Shown here: positions 1-12,500 of the stretch, piece after piece
Numbering within the stretch: the stretch's first letter is position 1
Layout of the letters: every line of letters starts with the position of its first letter
Assembly: GCA_001179505.1 (NCBI GenBank)
Contig: CDMY01000235.1
Location: 1 to 64,000, forward strand
DNA from: Vitrella brassicaformis CCMP3155
Lineage: Eukaryota; Protista; Chromerida
Length of the DNA stretch: 64,000 nucleotides
Direction: 5' to 3'
Made by a program: the position numbers and the translations under genes
The notes under the pieces: model-generated
Database searches by the model: none
What the model saw: the letters and a program-made list of their open reading frames with translations, nothing else
Told to the model about the DNA's origin: nothing

Positions 1-49
1 GCACATACATCCTTCACGTGTGGTGGCATGTGTGTGTGTGTGTGTGCAG

Positions 50-1413
50 CCATACGCGAGACCACTTGCAGCCAATGTTCATGGCCATCGCGCCATGGTG
101 CCTTCTGCGGCCACCACAGGCCGTCAGCTTAGGGCCCTTCTCGTCTGGGTAAGTACCTAAGCATACACCAATACTCTGACACCGATAGACAGACAGACAG
201 ACAGAGAGGGACATCGGCCGACCTTTAGGAATCTTTTCTGTCTCCTTTGCGTGCAGGTAAGTAAGCCGCCCCTTCGTGGGTGGTCTGAAAGCCTTGGCGG
301 GGGGGCCCCACGTGACGCGACTGTCGATAACCAACCAGTCGCCAAACACGTCTCCCTCGAAGCCCCCGTCCATCCACCGGTGAGCAGCCCGCAGTTTGCC
401 AACACGCCCACCCCCTCACCACGCCATGGATGTGTCTGTCTCTTTCAGGTCGCTGCTTGTGGAGGCCCGCAGGCAGAGCGCCCCCAGCTCCAGCCTCATA
501 GCGATATCAGCACCCCCGGCCGACAGGCCCCTGGCGCGGCACTCCCGCCGTCAGGCTTCCCCCCTCCCATGATCCCCCGCCCACCGCCGTTTCCCTCGAT
601 CCACCCCTCTGCGCCACTGGCCCCCGCTGCACCCCATCGGCAGCCTCTGATGCTGCCTGCCCTTCGTTCGTCCCTCAGAAGGTACGTGAGGGAGCACTGA
701 AGGCATCAGGCAATGCCCACCGGTGGGCTTGCGTGTGTGTCGTGTGTGTGTGCCTTGGCAGGTGGGCCATGTCCGTCGTCCGAGCCAAGCCACGATGGGC
801 GGGGGAAGGCCGCTTTGGCCGTATCCCGTCCACGATGGGCGGGGGAAGGCCGCTTTGGCCGTATCCCGTCCATCACGCATGGCTCAGGACAACAGACATG
901 CCCTCCCTCTGGAACCCCGAGGCAGCCAAGGCAAGGCGGTGGAGGCCGCCTCCATGCGCATGATGGCTCTGAGACAGGCAGCCGCACCCGTGGCGAAGAC
1001 AAGACCGCCATCAAACCCACCAAGGTAAGGTACCCACACGCCCCCGTCTGCCCACTCGCCACTCCCACTCATCCATTGATGTGCCACGTGTATGTGTAGG
1101 GGGAGGACCTGACTGACTGACGAGGAGTGGCAGTTCGCCGACGTCCTCACGAGGCTGCTGAATGGGACACGCCCTTCGAGCGGGCGATGCGGCAGCTGGC
1201 GGGGATGAAGGGGGATGAAGGGAGAGGAGGATGCGTCCCCCTCACAGACTCACCAACCATCCGCCTAAAGGCGGCCGTGGGCCTCCCTCTACTCCACCGA
1301 CAAGTGCCACCTTCAAGACACCCAGCCCGACCGGCGCAGCATCCAGTCGCTCCGCAGCTGGCAGGCAGAGAGCGTCAGTCACTGTGGCGTGCGGCAAGTG
1401 TGCGAGCGAATAA
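50..1413 (+). CDS. Partial multi-exon hypothetical Pro-rich protein (5' end outside window; 3' exons uncertain, possibly frameshifted)
   Basis: Frame-consistent GT-AG chain: exon 50-148, intron 149-256, exon 257-379, intron 380-448, exon 449-681, acceptor at 761. Downstream frames break at the 40-bp duplication. No recognisable domain. Confidence 0.3.
791..870. repeat. Perfect 40-bp tandem duplication (2 copies)
   Basis: cacgatgggcgggggaaggccgctttggccgtatcccgtc at 791-830 and 831-870. Confidence 0.95.
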
Positions 1414-3136
1414 CATCGATGTGTACGACCTGGACGGCTCAGTGTCGGTGGTGGATGGATGGATAAATGGGTGGTGCCAGGGGCGTGGGTGTGCATGGGT
1501 GGGTGCCTTATGGTCTCTTTGCTCTCTTCCAAACTGGCCTTTCTGTGCGGGCGGATGGATGAATGGATGGATGCGTGAGATGCGTGGAGAGGCGTGAGCG
1601 TAACGCCATGCCTGTGTGCATCCGTGTCGACTTACTACTACTGACTGACTGACTGCGTCTTTATTGTATTTTTGGTCCACGGCTCACTCCACTTACATGT
1701 GCTGTTTGTATGGATGTATAGGCTTACCTTATTACTGCAGGCACCCACAGGCTCACTCACTTCTCCTCTCCTGCTTTGGCGGTTTTGGGTGCGGCCCGCT
1801 TCACATCACACCGAACCGCCAAGACACACATGCGCACCACGAGCACAAAGGTCGACCCGGTGCATCCGTGGTGACTTACTACTGACTTGCTAGTCCACCA
1901 TTCATTCACTGGCTTCCCTTTGTCATCCAGCGCTTTTGCTTAGCCCACCCACCCACTCAGGCACACACATGCGGACCAGGAGCACACACTGTCTTCTCTC
2001 ATTTGAAGTCGACCCCTCCCTCATACTGCTTGCTGACGCGACACGATGCACAGCTTTCTGGCTGCTGCGCAAGAGCACTGTTCTTTCCGCCGCTGTTTTT
2101 CGTCGTTGGCCGCGTTTTTCCAGCGTCCGGCGGACACCACAGCTGTCCATCAGCCGCTGCTCTGTCGGCGGTTCTTGTGCCGCCGCACACCTCATTTACG
2201 TCTGAGTATGTACCTGCCAGTATACTGGCCAGCTCAGCTGGGCACTAACACACAAAGGCGTGTTCATCGGTGCGCCTAGATGTGTGTGACGTGTGCATAT
2301 ATTGCGCACATGTACCCTTCCTTCCACAGCACAACACAAATATCGGCGCGGAACACCATGATGCCATGCCGTCTGACGAGTCGAGGTACATGGGATGAAT
2401 TACATGGCGTGAAGAGTCTGCAAGTGGATGGATGGATGGCAAACTCCGTGCGCCTGCATGTCCCGCGCTTTTGGTCGTTGCAGGCGCACTGTTCGCCCAC
2501 ACACAGACACATTTGAGAGCATTACACACACACAGACATACATACACAATACAGACAGACAGACAGACAGAATACAGACAGACAGACAGATGTGTACGTC
2601 AGTTTGCTTGTCCATGTAGGCACGCTGTGCGATGGGTGTCAGTCTGCTGGGAATGTTTGCTCCGCCCGTGGGTGTGCCCACGCCAGTGTGTCTGCCGTTG
2701 CTGCGTACCATAGTGGACAATCAATGGATGGATGGATGGATGGCGGTTTGTCGTTTGCAGAGTGCCTGCAGGCGGCGTATTACTTACGTGAATGTCTGTC
2801 CGCCTCTCTCTTTGTCTGTGTGTGTGTTTGTGTGATGTATGTGGCGATGTATCTGTCTGCTGTATGTCTCGTCCGTGGGTTTGCCCGCGCCAAAGTGCCT
2901 CTTCGCTGTGTGGGGGTTTGGTTAGGGGAGAGTGGTCAGTGTGTCGATTGGTGATTCGTCGCTTGCCACGAACGTGCGTTGATCTCTATGTTTCGTGTAC
3001 CCTGGTGCTGTCTTGCTGAGCGAAGGCCCTCATTGTGGGCATCACCGTACTGATCACGGCAGGCAGCAAAAGTGTGCTGATCATCGGCGGCAACAAACCC
3101 TGGAACCCAAACCCTTTGGTTTTGGTTGTTTATGTC

Positions 3137-4427
3137 ATGCCGTCATCTTTGCCTGTCGTGTCTGACGAGCGTTTTCTCCGCAACTATGCCGAGGTGGCGT
3201 TCTACGGCGGCATTCGGGGCATCCTTCGTCTGCCGTTCGAGCACCCCCTGGACGCCATGAAGACCTACTGGCAGGCCCAGCCTCAGATCAGGTCTTTCAG
3301 GGACGTGGGAGTCGCCATATGGCGCGACAGGGGAGTTGCTGGCTTCTATGCGGGAGCAGTCCCAAACAGTGTCAGAGTGACCCTCAAGGAGGTGTACAGG
3401 TGGGCAGACAGAGGGTGGGAGGGAGGGAGGAAGCGCAAGCAGACAAGATGGTGCCGTGGTTGTGTTGTGTGTTGTGTGTGGTGATGTGCAGGTGGCCATT
3501 GATGATGTGTCTGCCTCAGCTGTTCACGACCATTTGGCCTTCGGGACCGCAGGATCCCGCCCTCATCAAGACACTCACCGGCTTCTCGCTCGCAAGCGTC
3601 GAGTCGTTCATCATCTGCCCACTGTAAACCGGACACATACAAACACACACAGACACACAGATACACAGACACACAGACACAAGACACAATCAAAGGAGCT
3701 CGAATCTCTGTTTGTCTGTGTGTGTGGTGTATGTATGTGTCAGGGAGCGTCTGAAGGTAGTGTTGATGACCCGCCCCGCCTCAGTGACGACCCGTCAGAC
3801 CCTGCAGCACATCATCTCGGGCCTCACCGCCCCCGCCTCCCACCATGGCCTCGACTACCTCTTCCAGGGGCTGGGGGCGGTCTACGCCCGACAGCTCATC
3901 AGCTGGGTGTCCTTTCTCGCCGCTGATGCCAAGCTCAAGGGGTGGGCGAGGCGGGCCACCCACAAGGACTACCTGGACTTTGGGACACTCATGGCCGTCG
4001 CCACTGGAGGTGAGGGAGGCAGAGATGGCGTCATGATGGTTGATGCCGGCATGCATGTGTTGCAGTTGGGTTGATCAACACGATAGCCGTCATGCCGGCT
4101 GACTGCATCAAGACCAAGCAGCAGCAGTTCGCCCCATCCACGCGAGCCCAAGCCCCCTCACCACCCCGCCCCTCTGACCCCCACCCCCTCCCCTCTGCTG
4201 CCCCCCGCTCCCTGGGCTTCGTGGCGACTGCGCGGCACATCTATGCGACGCAGGGCTATCAGGGGTTTTACGTGGGGTGGCGGGTGCGGTTTCTGCAGTA
4301 CATGCTGAACGCTGCCTTTTCGTCTGCCCTGCTGGAGTGGCTGGAGAGACGGTGGATACTCACACACAGACTGGTGCCCAGACGGAAGGAGGAAGCCGAG
4401 TCAGGGGAAGGGGAGGGGGTGACCTGA
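3137..4427 (+). CDS. Mitochondrial carrier family (SLC25) protein, 4 exons
   Basis: Three Px[DE]xx[KR] signatures after splicing (PLDAMK, PLERLK, PADCIK) and GxxGFYxG motifs (GVAGFYAG, GYQGFYVG). Introns at about 3400-3491, 3624-3743 and 4010-4065. Substrate not assignable. Confidence 0.9.
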
Positions 4428-5258
4428 CGTGATGTGCCGCAGGGTGTGGAAGGGCAGAGCGAGAGCGGGGCTGCGTGGCTGGAGGTGTACAGTGAGTGAT
4501 ATCATGGGTGGCTGGGTGGGATGTGCTTCTTGTCTTGCTGCTTGGCTTGCCGCTGGCAGTCAGTCTTTCGGTATTCTTTTTCTGTTGATTGAAAGACTGA
4601 GTTAGTGCCTCCTTCTCTGCTGTCTGTCTGTCTCTATGGTTGTCTATCCTCTTGTTGGTTGCGGTCCGTCTGTCATGCCTTGCCCGCCTTCGACGTGTTA
4701 GTATCGTCTCTTCTGCGAGATGGTCCTGCAACGTCGACGAGGGGGCGCCATGGAAGCGGAGCTGCCTGCACGAAATAATGAGAGAAGACGGCTCTATCTG
4801 GAAGTGATCTATCTTGATCGGGGAGCGTGTTTCTTCAGCTGCGCGTTCTTGCTGCTTTGCGATGCAGACCTTGTTGTTGCCTTACTTGCACGGGCCCCAC
4901 ACCTGCACACCGGTCACGCCTGACCTGACCGATGGCAAGTGTGGGTCCTGTGCGATCAGGGCGACGTCGAGGTGTGTGTGGCGAAGGAGGGAGGGAGCAG
5001 CTGCTGCCTTGGGTGATGTGTGGGGCGAGCCATCGACGATGGGTGAGTGGGGCTCTTGGAGTCTGGCAGCTGTGCAGCGTGGTGTCGTGGGTGTGTTAAG
5101 TGTATAGCTGGCTTGCTGACTGAGTGTAGGCGACACGGACGGACCAGGGGACCGACCAATATGCTCAAAAGGCTTACTTGAACGACACACGCGCTAGGCG
5201 TCAATCACACTCGCCTCGCATCACAGCACATCACACCAAGATCGGCCCTGCTGCCAGT

Positions 5259-5355
5259 GTGTATCTTGTCATCCGGCTGGAGCGCATGACTTCCACCATC
5301 ACCTCTCTCAACAGGGGTGGCAGAAGCCGCACGCTCGAGCCGGATGACAAGACAC
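5259..5355. other. Near-perfect inverted repeat / long hairpin
   Basis: tcttgtcatccggct (5264-5278) is the exact reverse complement of agccggatgacaaga (5338-5352). After one mismatch the stem continues with gagcg/cgctc. Confidence 0.85.
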
Positions 5356-5555
5356 AGCCATGGCACACGGGGGACACAAGATCTAGCTCCTCAAGAGACA
5401 GACGCACTTAGTTGTCTGGCCATCCTTACTCTCCGCACAAAACAAACATACATCATTGAGAGCGAGCTGGCAAGGAACTGGGGTCGACGAGAGACGACCG
5501 ATGCCCCATCCACGATGAAAGCCCGTCACTCACCCACTCTCCGTCTCGCTGTCGC

Positions 5556-8500
5556 TCAATTAGAGCCTGTGGACGAAGCCATGGCGGCGGCCTTGTCGCA
5601 CTGCAGGTGGACGCAAGTGCCGTCGGGATATGCCACGAAGGCCTTATCGAGAATGCGACGAGTACACAACGGACAAGACCGGTCGCCTGTGATGGTCACA
5701 CACCTGTGCACACACACACACACACACACAGAAAGATGACACACGGCACGGCACCCACCGATCCACTCCCCGACTCACTCACCTTGATCTCAGCTGGCTC
5801 CACTGTTGGTGTGTCTTGAGGAAGGCCATGCTGCTGAGGTGCTCCTCAATGGCCCTCGAGCGCACCGCATGAAGCCGTGTCCGCAGCCCCACCGTCCAGT
5901 AGTCCACCACCTCAGTCAGCAGCGCCCACTCGCCAGGCAGCAAAGGCGTCACATCCACCGGATCGAGGTCACGGTGGCCCGCATACTTGGACAGCAGACG
6001 CAGGGAGGCCGACTTGAAGAAGAAGGACGATGTGGTAGTGGTAGTGGTGGGAAGGCTAGTGCCTTTTGCCCTGCTCTCCTCGTCTCTGCGTTTCTCCTCC
6101 CGTGTGTTGAGCAGCACCTTGAGCAGCAGGAAGAGCAGCCCCGACGAGGGCCACGCAGCCAACTCCTTGCCAAGCCACTCCTCCTCCATCCCACCCCCAC
6201 CACCACCTGCACCACCCTCCGCAGCCGCCTTGACGCCATCGCTCCCAGCGCGAGATGCGCTCTCCGCCAGCCGCCGCCACACCGATGTGGGCGAGAAGAT
6301 TGACTGGTTCTCCCAAGAGAGGGCGTGCGCATGGTGGTAGTCGCCCGCATGTGTGGCGTCGCTCCTCCTGGGGCTGGCGTGGCGAGAGGCCGGTGGCGGG
6401 GAGGGGTGGTTGAGCCGATGGTTGGTGGCCAGGCAGTAGGCCTCGGCTGTGGCCAGGTCTGGCTGTGTGTCGCTGTTGCTGTTGGTGTGGATGAGGAGTG
6501 AGAGTGCAGCCTCGTGGCGGTGGGCCTTGCCATACAGCACGACGGTCTCCTCCTTCAGCCACGTGGGCTCGACCACCTGCACACATGAGACGTCCATCCA
6601 CAGGACGCACCACACATGGACAGAAAGAGGTGAGGCATCCGCGCGTGTGTGTGTGTGTGCCTCCCCCAACTTTCCCACGCACCTTGAGTATCGCGTCGAC
6701 ATCATAGCCCTCCATCTCTTCCAGGTACTGCAGTAGCTTCCGCCGCATCGCCCCCGCCTTGCCCCCCTCACTCTCAGCCCCCCTCCCACCTCTCCTCCCG
6801 CTCCCATCTCCACCAGGGGGCCGCTCAGGCGACACCGCAAGCACACTCTGCGCGTAGATCAAGGCCAGCTGCGTACGCTGCGTCGGCTCAGCCCGCTTCT
6901 GGTTCCACGTGAGATGCTCCAGGTAGGCCTCTTCCAGCGATGACGACGCACTGGGGGAGGCGTTGGCGAGCATCTCCAGGATCTCGTCGGGCGTGAGGGG
7001 GCAGAGCTGGCTGCCGGGGGCCGTGAAGATGCGCAGACCCAATTGGGGGTCGCGGGCCAGCACCAGCGGCGCATACTCCTGGATGAGCGCCGCCACGTTG
7101 AAGGACGAGGGGGCGGTGACGGGCGGCTGCTCGAAGGGGCTCGCGCGGATGGTGTCGAGGGCTCCCGAAGCAAAGGCCGTGAGCAAGTGTGCGATTTCTT
7201 GCATTGGGTCGCCGAATGTTGAGGCCGACACGTCGCACTCGATCTCCTCGTTGATGATGGATCGCCATATCTGGAGAGCGTTCTCGTACCGCTGGTCGCG
7301 GCGGTGGATGACGGCTAGCACATCGGGGCGGCGCTTGCGGGTGAGGAACGACTCGCTGTCCTCCAGAGTGCACGTCAGGGGGCTGATGGCGTCCATCAGC
7401 AGCTCGCGCCACCTGCATGGCCACCAAGACACGCACAGATGGCCAGGTATAGGGTCCTTCTGTCTGCTCGCTGAGCTGACCTCATGTCGTCTCCTTCCAC
7501 CAGCAGCTTGAGCAGCATCGTGTCGACGCACCGCAGCAGCCAGCTCACCGACGGACCCTCACCCTCACTCCCTTCTCCTCCCTTGACACCCGCCCCACCC
7601 TCCTCCTCACCCTCCCTCTGATCCACATCAACACCTCCCGGCTTGCCGAAGGGCGACGGGGCCGGGAGATCGAACATGCCATCCGACCGCCCCAGCACCA
7701 ACGCAGACCGCTCCTTCAGCAGAAACGTCGCCACCGAAGAGTTCGCTAGCTCGAGTAACGCTGCACCCGCCGCGCCCTCATCCTTGATCTCCTCACCCGG
7801 CGCGACGACACTCTCGCTCTCGCTGCCGGCAACTGTGGTGGGCGTGGTGGTGGTGGTGCCCTTCTTCTCTGTGAGCCTCTGCTGGATGAATTGGCTGATG
7901 TCGGTGCCCTCAGGGATGCCCGTGAGTGCGAGGCCGGGTGTGGGCGGGGAGGGTGGGGGCGCCTCCCACTCGGCCGGCAGGTAGGCCTTCCAGAACTTCA
8001 TGAGCTGCTGCAGGTCGACGCGAGAGTATGAGAAGTGCTGGAAGGCCACGGGGAACTGCAGGTCGTTGAACAGCGCCCACCCCGCCATGACGTGGAACTT
8101 CTGCAGCTCCTGCGCCCGCCGCGGGTCGTCCGGACCGAAGTTGGCGTTGAGTAGCTCCAGGGCCGCCTGCACCCGCACCTCCAGGAGGAGCTTCTGCAGC
8201 TGCCGCTGATACGGAATGGGCGATAGGCAGCTCACGGACCGCTCGGATGCCGCGAACAGCCGCCCCTCGTTGTCACACATGGCCCTCAGGTCGTCAAAGG
8301 GACACGTCTGGCAGAGCTTCTGGTCCCGCAGGCTGTAGATCTCAATCAGCCGACCAGCAGAGGGGAGGGGGGCCGAGGGCGGCTGTGAGGGCGGGATGCT
8401 GCCGCCCCCGCCCATCACGTAGGGGCAGCAGACGCCGAAGCAGAGGAGCCTCTTGGGCCACTGGATGCTGTTCTTCTGTGAGGGCTGCTGCGTGGCCAGG

Positions 8501-9305
8501 TTGAAGAAGATGCCCAGCCCCTCTTGCCCCGCCAGCAGCAGCTCATCGTCGGGCAGCGTGGCGATCCGCGGACTCGACCGCACGTCAAGGGTGAAGATCT
8601 CCCGTGCCTGCAGGTCCCCTAGGTGGATCAGTGAGTACTCGCGCCGGTAGCCGATGCACAGCCACTGCTGGTGCCACGCCAGGCAGAGGGCGGCCTCAGG
8701 CGAGCTGAGCTCCTGGGAGACGGTGAAGTCGACACCGTTGTGGTGGTAGAGGACGAGTTTCTTGCGGAGGGAGACGACGATGTCTGGCGTGGGGGAGGGG
8801 TGGGGGTTGTAGGGGACGGCGTCGACCGCTGCCGGAGGGTGGGTGGATGTGGATGCTGCCTTGGGGGCCTCTGTGTGGACGGCGAACGACGACACGCCGC
8901 GGCACAAGGTGTGACCGCACGACTCGAGAGATGTCGGCAACACCTACAGAAGCGAACAGGCAGACAACCAGACGAATCACAAGATGCATTGCATGCATTG
9001 CAGGCAGGCAGGCAGGCAGGCAGGCAGCCGCTCACTTGTAGGTTTCCATCACTGAGTGCGAGTAGAAGTCTCCTTTGCGGCACGACGCCGAGCATCTCGA
9101 CCCTTTTGTTCTTGCCATTGACCTTGACACTGCCCCGCCGCACCGCACTGTTGCCGAGCTCTTCGGGCGAGTGGCTCTTGGCAAGATCGTACCGATGGAT
9201 GGATCCGCCCTTGGTCCCCAGGAACAACGCACTGTCGAAGTATGTCAGCGTCTCTATCTCCTCCGACGCACCCTCGAGCACCGGAACCACCTTGAACGGC
9301 TTCAT
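5556..9305 (-). CDS. VPS39: Vps39/Vam6/TGFBRAP1-family HOPS/CORVET subunit (CNH domain, clathrin-like repeat, C-terminal Zn ribbon)
   Basis: N-terminal CNH-like beta-propeller (IETLTYFDSALFLGTKGGSIHRY; LCIGYRREYSLI), helical region (CVDTMLLKL, LEEAYLEHL, LLQYLEEMEGYDVDAIL), C-terminal CPLCTRRILDKAFVAYPDGTCVHLQC. Multiple GT-AG introns. Confidence 0.8.
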
Positions 9306-9514
9306 CGATTGAGTGTAGGCAGAGGGACGGATGAAGGAGATCTCTCTCGGGTACAGGCTGGCGCGTCACGCAGACGTCCTTTCCTGCTTAATAGCACACA
9401 CATTTCTTCTCAGCTCGCACTTAGGACATTCTGTGAAACCGCTCTCTCCCCCCCAAGCTCGCGCATAGAAAATGGATGAATGGTGCCTCCCCTTGATGCC
9501 GTGACGCCCCAGTG
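9306..9514. promoter_or_regulatory. Putative bidirectional promoter (209 bp) with two AGCTCGC motifs
   Basis: Divergent ATGs at 9305 (-) and 9515 (+); AGCTCGC at 9412 and 9456. Confidence 0.55.
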
Positions 9515-12500
9515 ATGGATTCTAGCTCAGGTACGTCCCTGGGCGGTTCCCGAAGAACAAGGGGTCTTCACTCCTGTGCTCTGTCTGCCTGCAGATTCGC
9601 TCCCCGGTCCTCCGAGCAAGGCACCGCGCGCCTTCGATATGTTTGCAAACCCCTTCGGTCGCATCAAAGCCAAAGTCAGAGATCCGCCGCAACGAGCCGG
9701 CAGCCGCAGCAACGCATCGCAGGCCTCGTCTGCTAGCGCCATGGAGCGGCCACAGCCGGCCGCCAACAACGGCACCGCGCTCGCCCTCTTCCCCTCGGCC
9801 GCTGAGTCAGCGGCGGCTGTTGCTGTTGCAGCAGGAGGGAAACCCAAAGCAGAACCCAAAGCAGGAGGCTTCCCTCAGTCCCAGTCAGAGCTGCCGGCTG
9901 CTGGATCTCCGTCCAATGAGAGAACACCTGCCGCCGCCGCGGCGGTGGTGAAGAAGGAGCCGCCTGACCACAGCAGGCAGATCGTCCCTGCAGCGGTGCC
10001 GACACGGTCACCTGGCCCTGGTGAGCTGACCTTTCGTGAGGCTGACGCGTACGCCAATTCGCTGATCACCCCGGACCTGGTGAAGCAGCGGCTGATGAAG
10101 GTGTCGCTGACGTGGCGCCGCGACCCGGGGGTGCGGGCGTGGGTGGTGGCGTGGATCCCCGCGGTGAGTGAGGGGCCCAAGGTGGCCAAGCAGGAGGCCT
10201 TTCAGGTTACCCCGCTGACCAAGGACAACATCAAGAGCACCTTTGGGAGGGCGGCGCAGCACTATGACAAGATGATCGACGACAATGCTTATGGTCAGTA
10301 CGGACAGACAGGTAGACAGACAGACCTGTGTGTAGGTGCCGAATGTGTGTGTGTGTGTTGACCCACCTGTCTGTCTGTCAGGGTGTGAGGAGGCCGAGGT
10401 CACCGATGACGAGCTGGAGGTCATGGGCAAGAGCCTCGTCGAGGTCATGGGCCTCGACAAACACCCCGCCGCCGTCGCCCACCTCGCGTCCGTCAACTGG
10501 TTCGGCAAGGCCAGAAACACCGCTGCCGTCTGCTATCGAGGCTCAGACGGCAAGAGCAAAACCAGGTACCTAGGTGAATGCAATGCAGCCAGCAACAAGG
10601 AGACAGAAAACCATGCACTGCACCCTTGACGGGACGGTCGCTTTCTTGCCGTCTTGCTTTGCTTTGCGTCAGGTTCTTCGCGTGCAGCGGCATGACGCGC
10701 ACGTGCGCCCGTCGTGCGATCGAGGATGCGGTGCGTTGGCGCGACCAGCTGCTGGCGGCCAACCCTGCGGTGCTCAAGTCGCTCAACCTGCCTGCAGCAC
10801 CGCCCCCCAAGGTAGTGGGATCGCAGCCGCCTGCCCCACCAGCAGCAGTAGCAGCAGCCCTCCCGATTGCGGGGGAGATGCCGGGAGGAGGGGCTATCGT
10901 ACCTGTAACTGCACATAGGGAACGTGATCTCAACACAGGTGAGTGAGTGAGGCACACGCAGACGAAGAAGAACCAGACAAGTCCTGGCGAAACCATATTG
11001 TGTGTGTGTTTGGTGTGGTGTGGTGTGGTGTGGTGCTTGCAGCTGTAGTGGATGCGATTAAGGCCGAGTTTGAGGAGGATGAGGAACAAGACAATCTCCC
11101 CGGCCCCCCACCCGCCCCACCAGCCAGCGACGCCCAGGAGGACCAGCAGCAGCAGCAGGGTCCCACAGCCATCGACGCGGAGGCCACGCAGCTGCTCGCC
11201 TCCCTGCAGCAGTACGACCGCGCCACCCTCCGAACGAGGGAGCCGCAAGGCCAGGTCTCACCTCACCTGAGCGACTTCTTCACCTGGCAGGGCGAGAAGA
11301 CCTTCATCAAGTGGACACCCACGCCAGGCTGCTTTGAGGTCAACGTGACGGTCCATCCCCTGCCCACAGCCAAGCGTGTGCCAGTCGGTGACAGCGGGAC
11401 GTCCGAGGGTCTGCGCAATGCCCTCAGCTTGGCGGTGCGGCACCGGAACATCATTCTAGACGCGGGCTACGTGCTCAAGGACAAGATGGCGCATGGGCTG
11501 CGGGACGATGTGGTGAGGCTGACGATCAAGCAGCAGCAGTCGGGCTGCGACGCGCCCATCCCTGAGCTCGTCCCGCAGGATGGCGGCCCTCCCAAGGCGT
11601 CCCACCACATATACGACTTCCAGCCACCGCCCCCACCGGGCGGCGGCGGCCACCGTCCTCCCTTCATGGCCTTGTCCCGCCCGCCAGGCGCCCCGGCTGT
11701 CGACGACACCTCACCCCAGACCGGCACCAAGCGCAAGGCAGCTGCCGCATCTGCTGGTGATGGGGACGGCCCCCCAGCAGTGTCCTCCGACAGAAACGAG
11801 CAGGATGGTGAGCAGCCGCCGGCAAAGAGACCCGGCACACGTTCGTCGAGGGGCGGGGGAGGGCGCCGTGGTGGCAGTGGTGGTGGGTCGTCTGGTGGCG
11901 GTGGTGGGGAGGGGGGCGAGAGTGGGGGTATGGGGGTGGGTGAGGACAGCGAGAGCCAAGTCAAGAAGGAGCCGGGGGTGACGGATGATGGAGACGCCAC
12001 TGGGGGCGCCATGGCAGCACACGCATTCACAGCTATCGCAAGTAAGTGAGAGAGACACACGCCGCATCAAACAAAAGGTACATATGTCTGTGTGTCTGTC
12101 AGCCTTTGGCGCGCACAAGAACCCTGAGGAGCCCCTGAGCACCGAACAGCTGCCGAAAGAGGCGTGCGAGCTGCTCGGCTGGGTGCGGAGCACGCAGCCG
12201 GTCGGAAGCACCCTCCCCATCGAGTATGACAGCGGCGACCCTTCCCGCTTCAACGGCATGAGCGCATTCACCGTCAAATACTACACAGCCCAGGTAGGTA
12301 CCATCAGATCAGACACAGACAGAGAAGACGGGCAGACGGTCAGTCAGCTCACATCCCTCTGTGTGTCTCGTGTGTTTGTCTGCCGTGCCGTGTGTGAAGG
12401 GTTTTCGGTTGGGATTCAGCCAGGTGGAGAGCAGCACGCTGTCGGGTCTCAAGACGGCTTTGCACAAGGCCATTGTCTTTTGCACCGACTTGATGGGGCG

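Noticed and set aside
232-262. Polypyrimidine-CAG immediately followed by GTAAGT, resembling a recursive splice site
   Set aside because: A normal in-frame 123-nt exon (257-379) that happens to begin GTA AGT explains it, with its own GTGAGC donor at 380
4430-5250. Possible small minus-strand gene (donor-like GTAAG sites, ORF 4360-4731)
   Set aside because: No consistent exon chain or recognisable domain could be built
5285-5330. ATGA...AA...GA inside the hairpin, resembling a SECIS element, with a TGA-ending gene nearby
   Set aside because: The helix II register does not fit a non-Watson-Crick quartet. The motif is on the + strand while the TGA-ending Vps39 is on the - strand, and the Vps39 C-terminus is complete at that stop.
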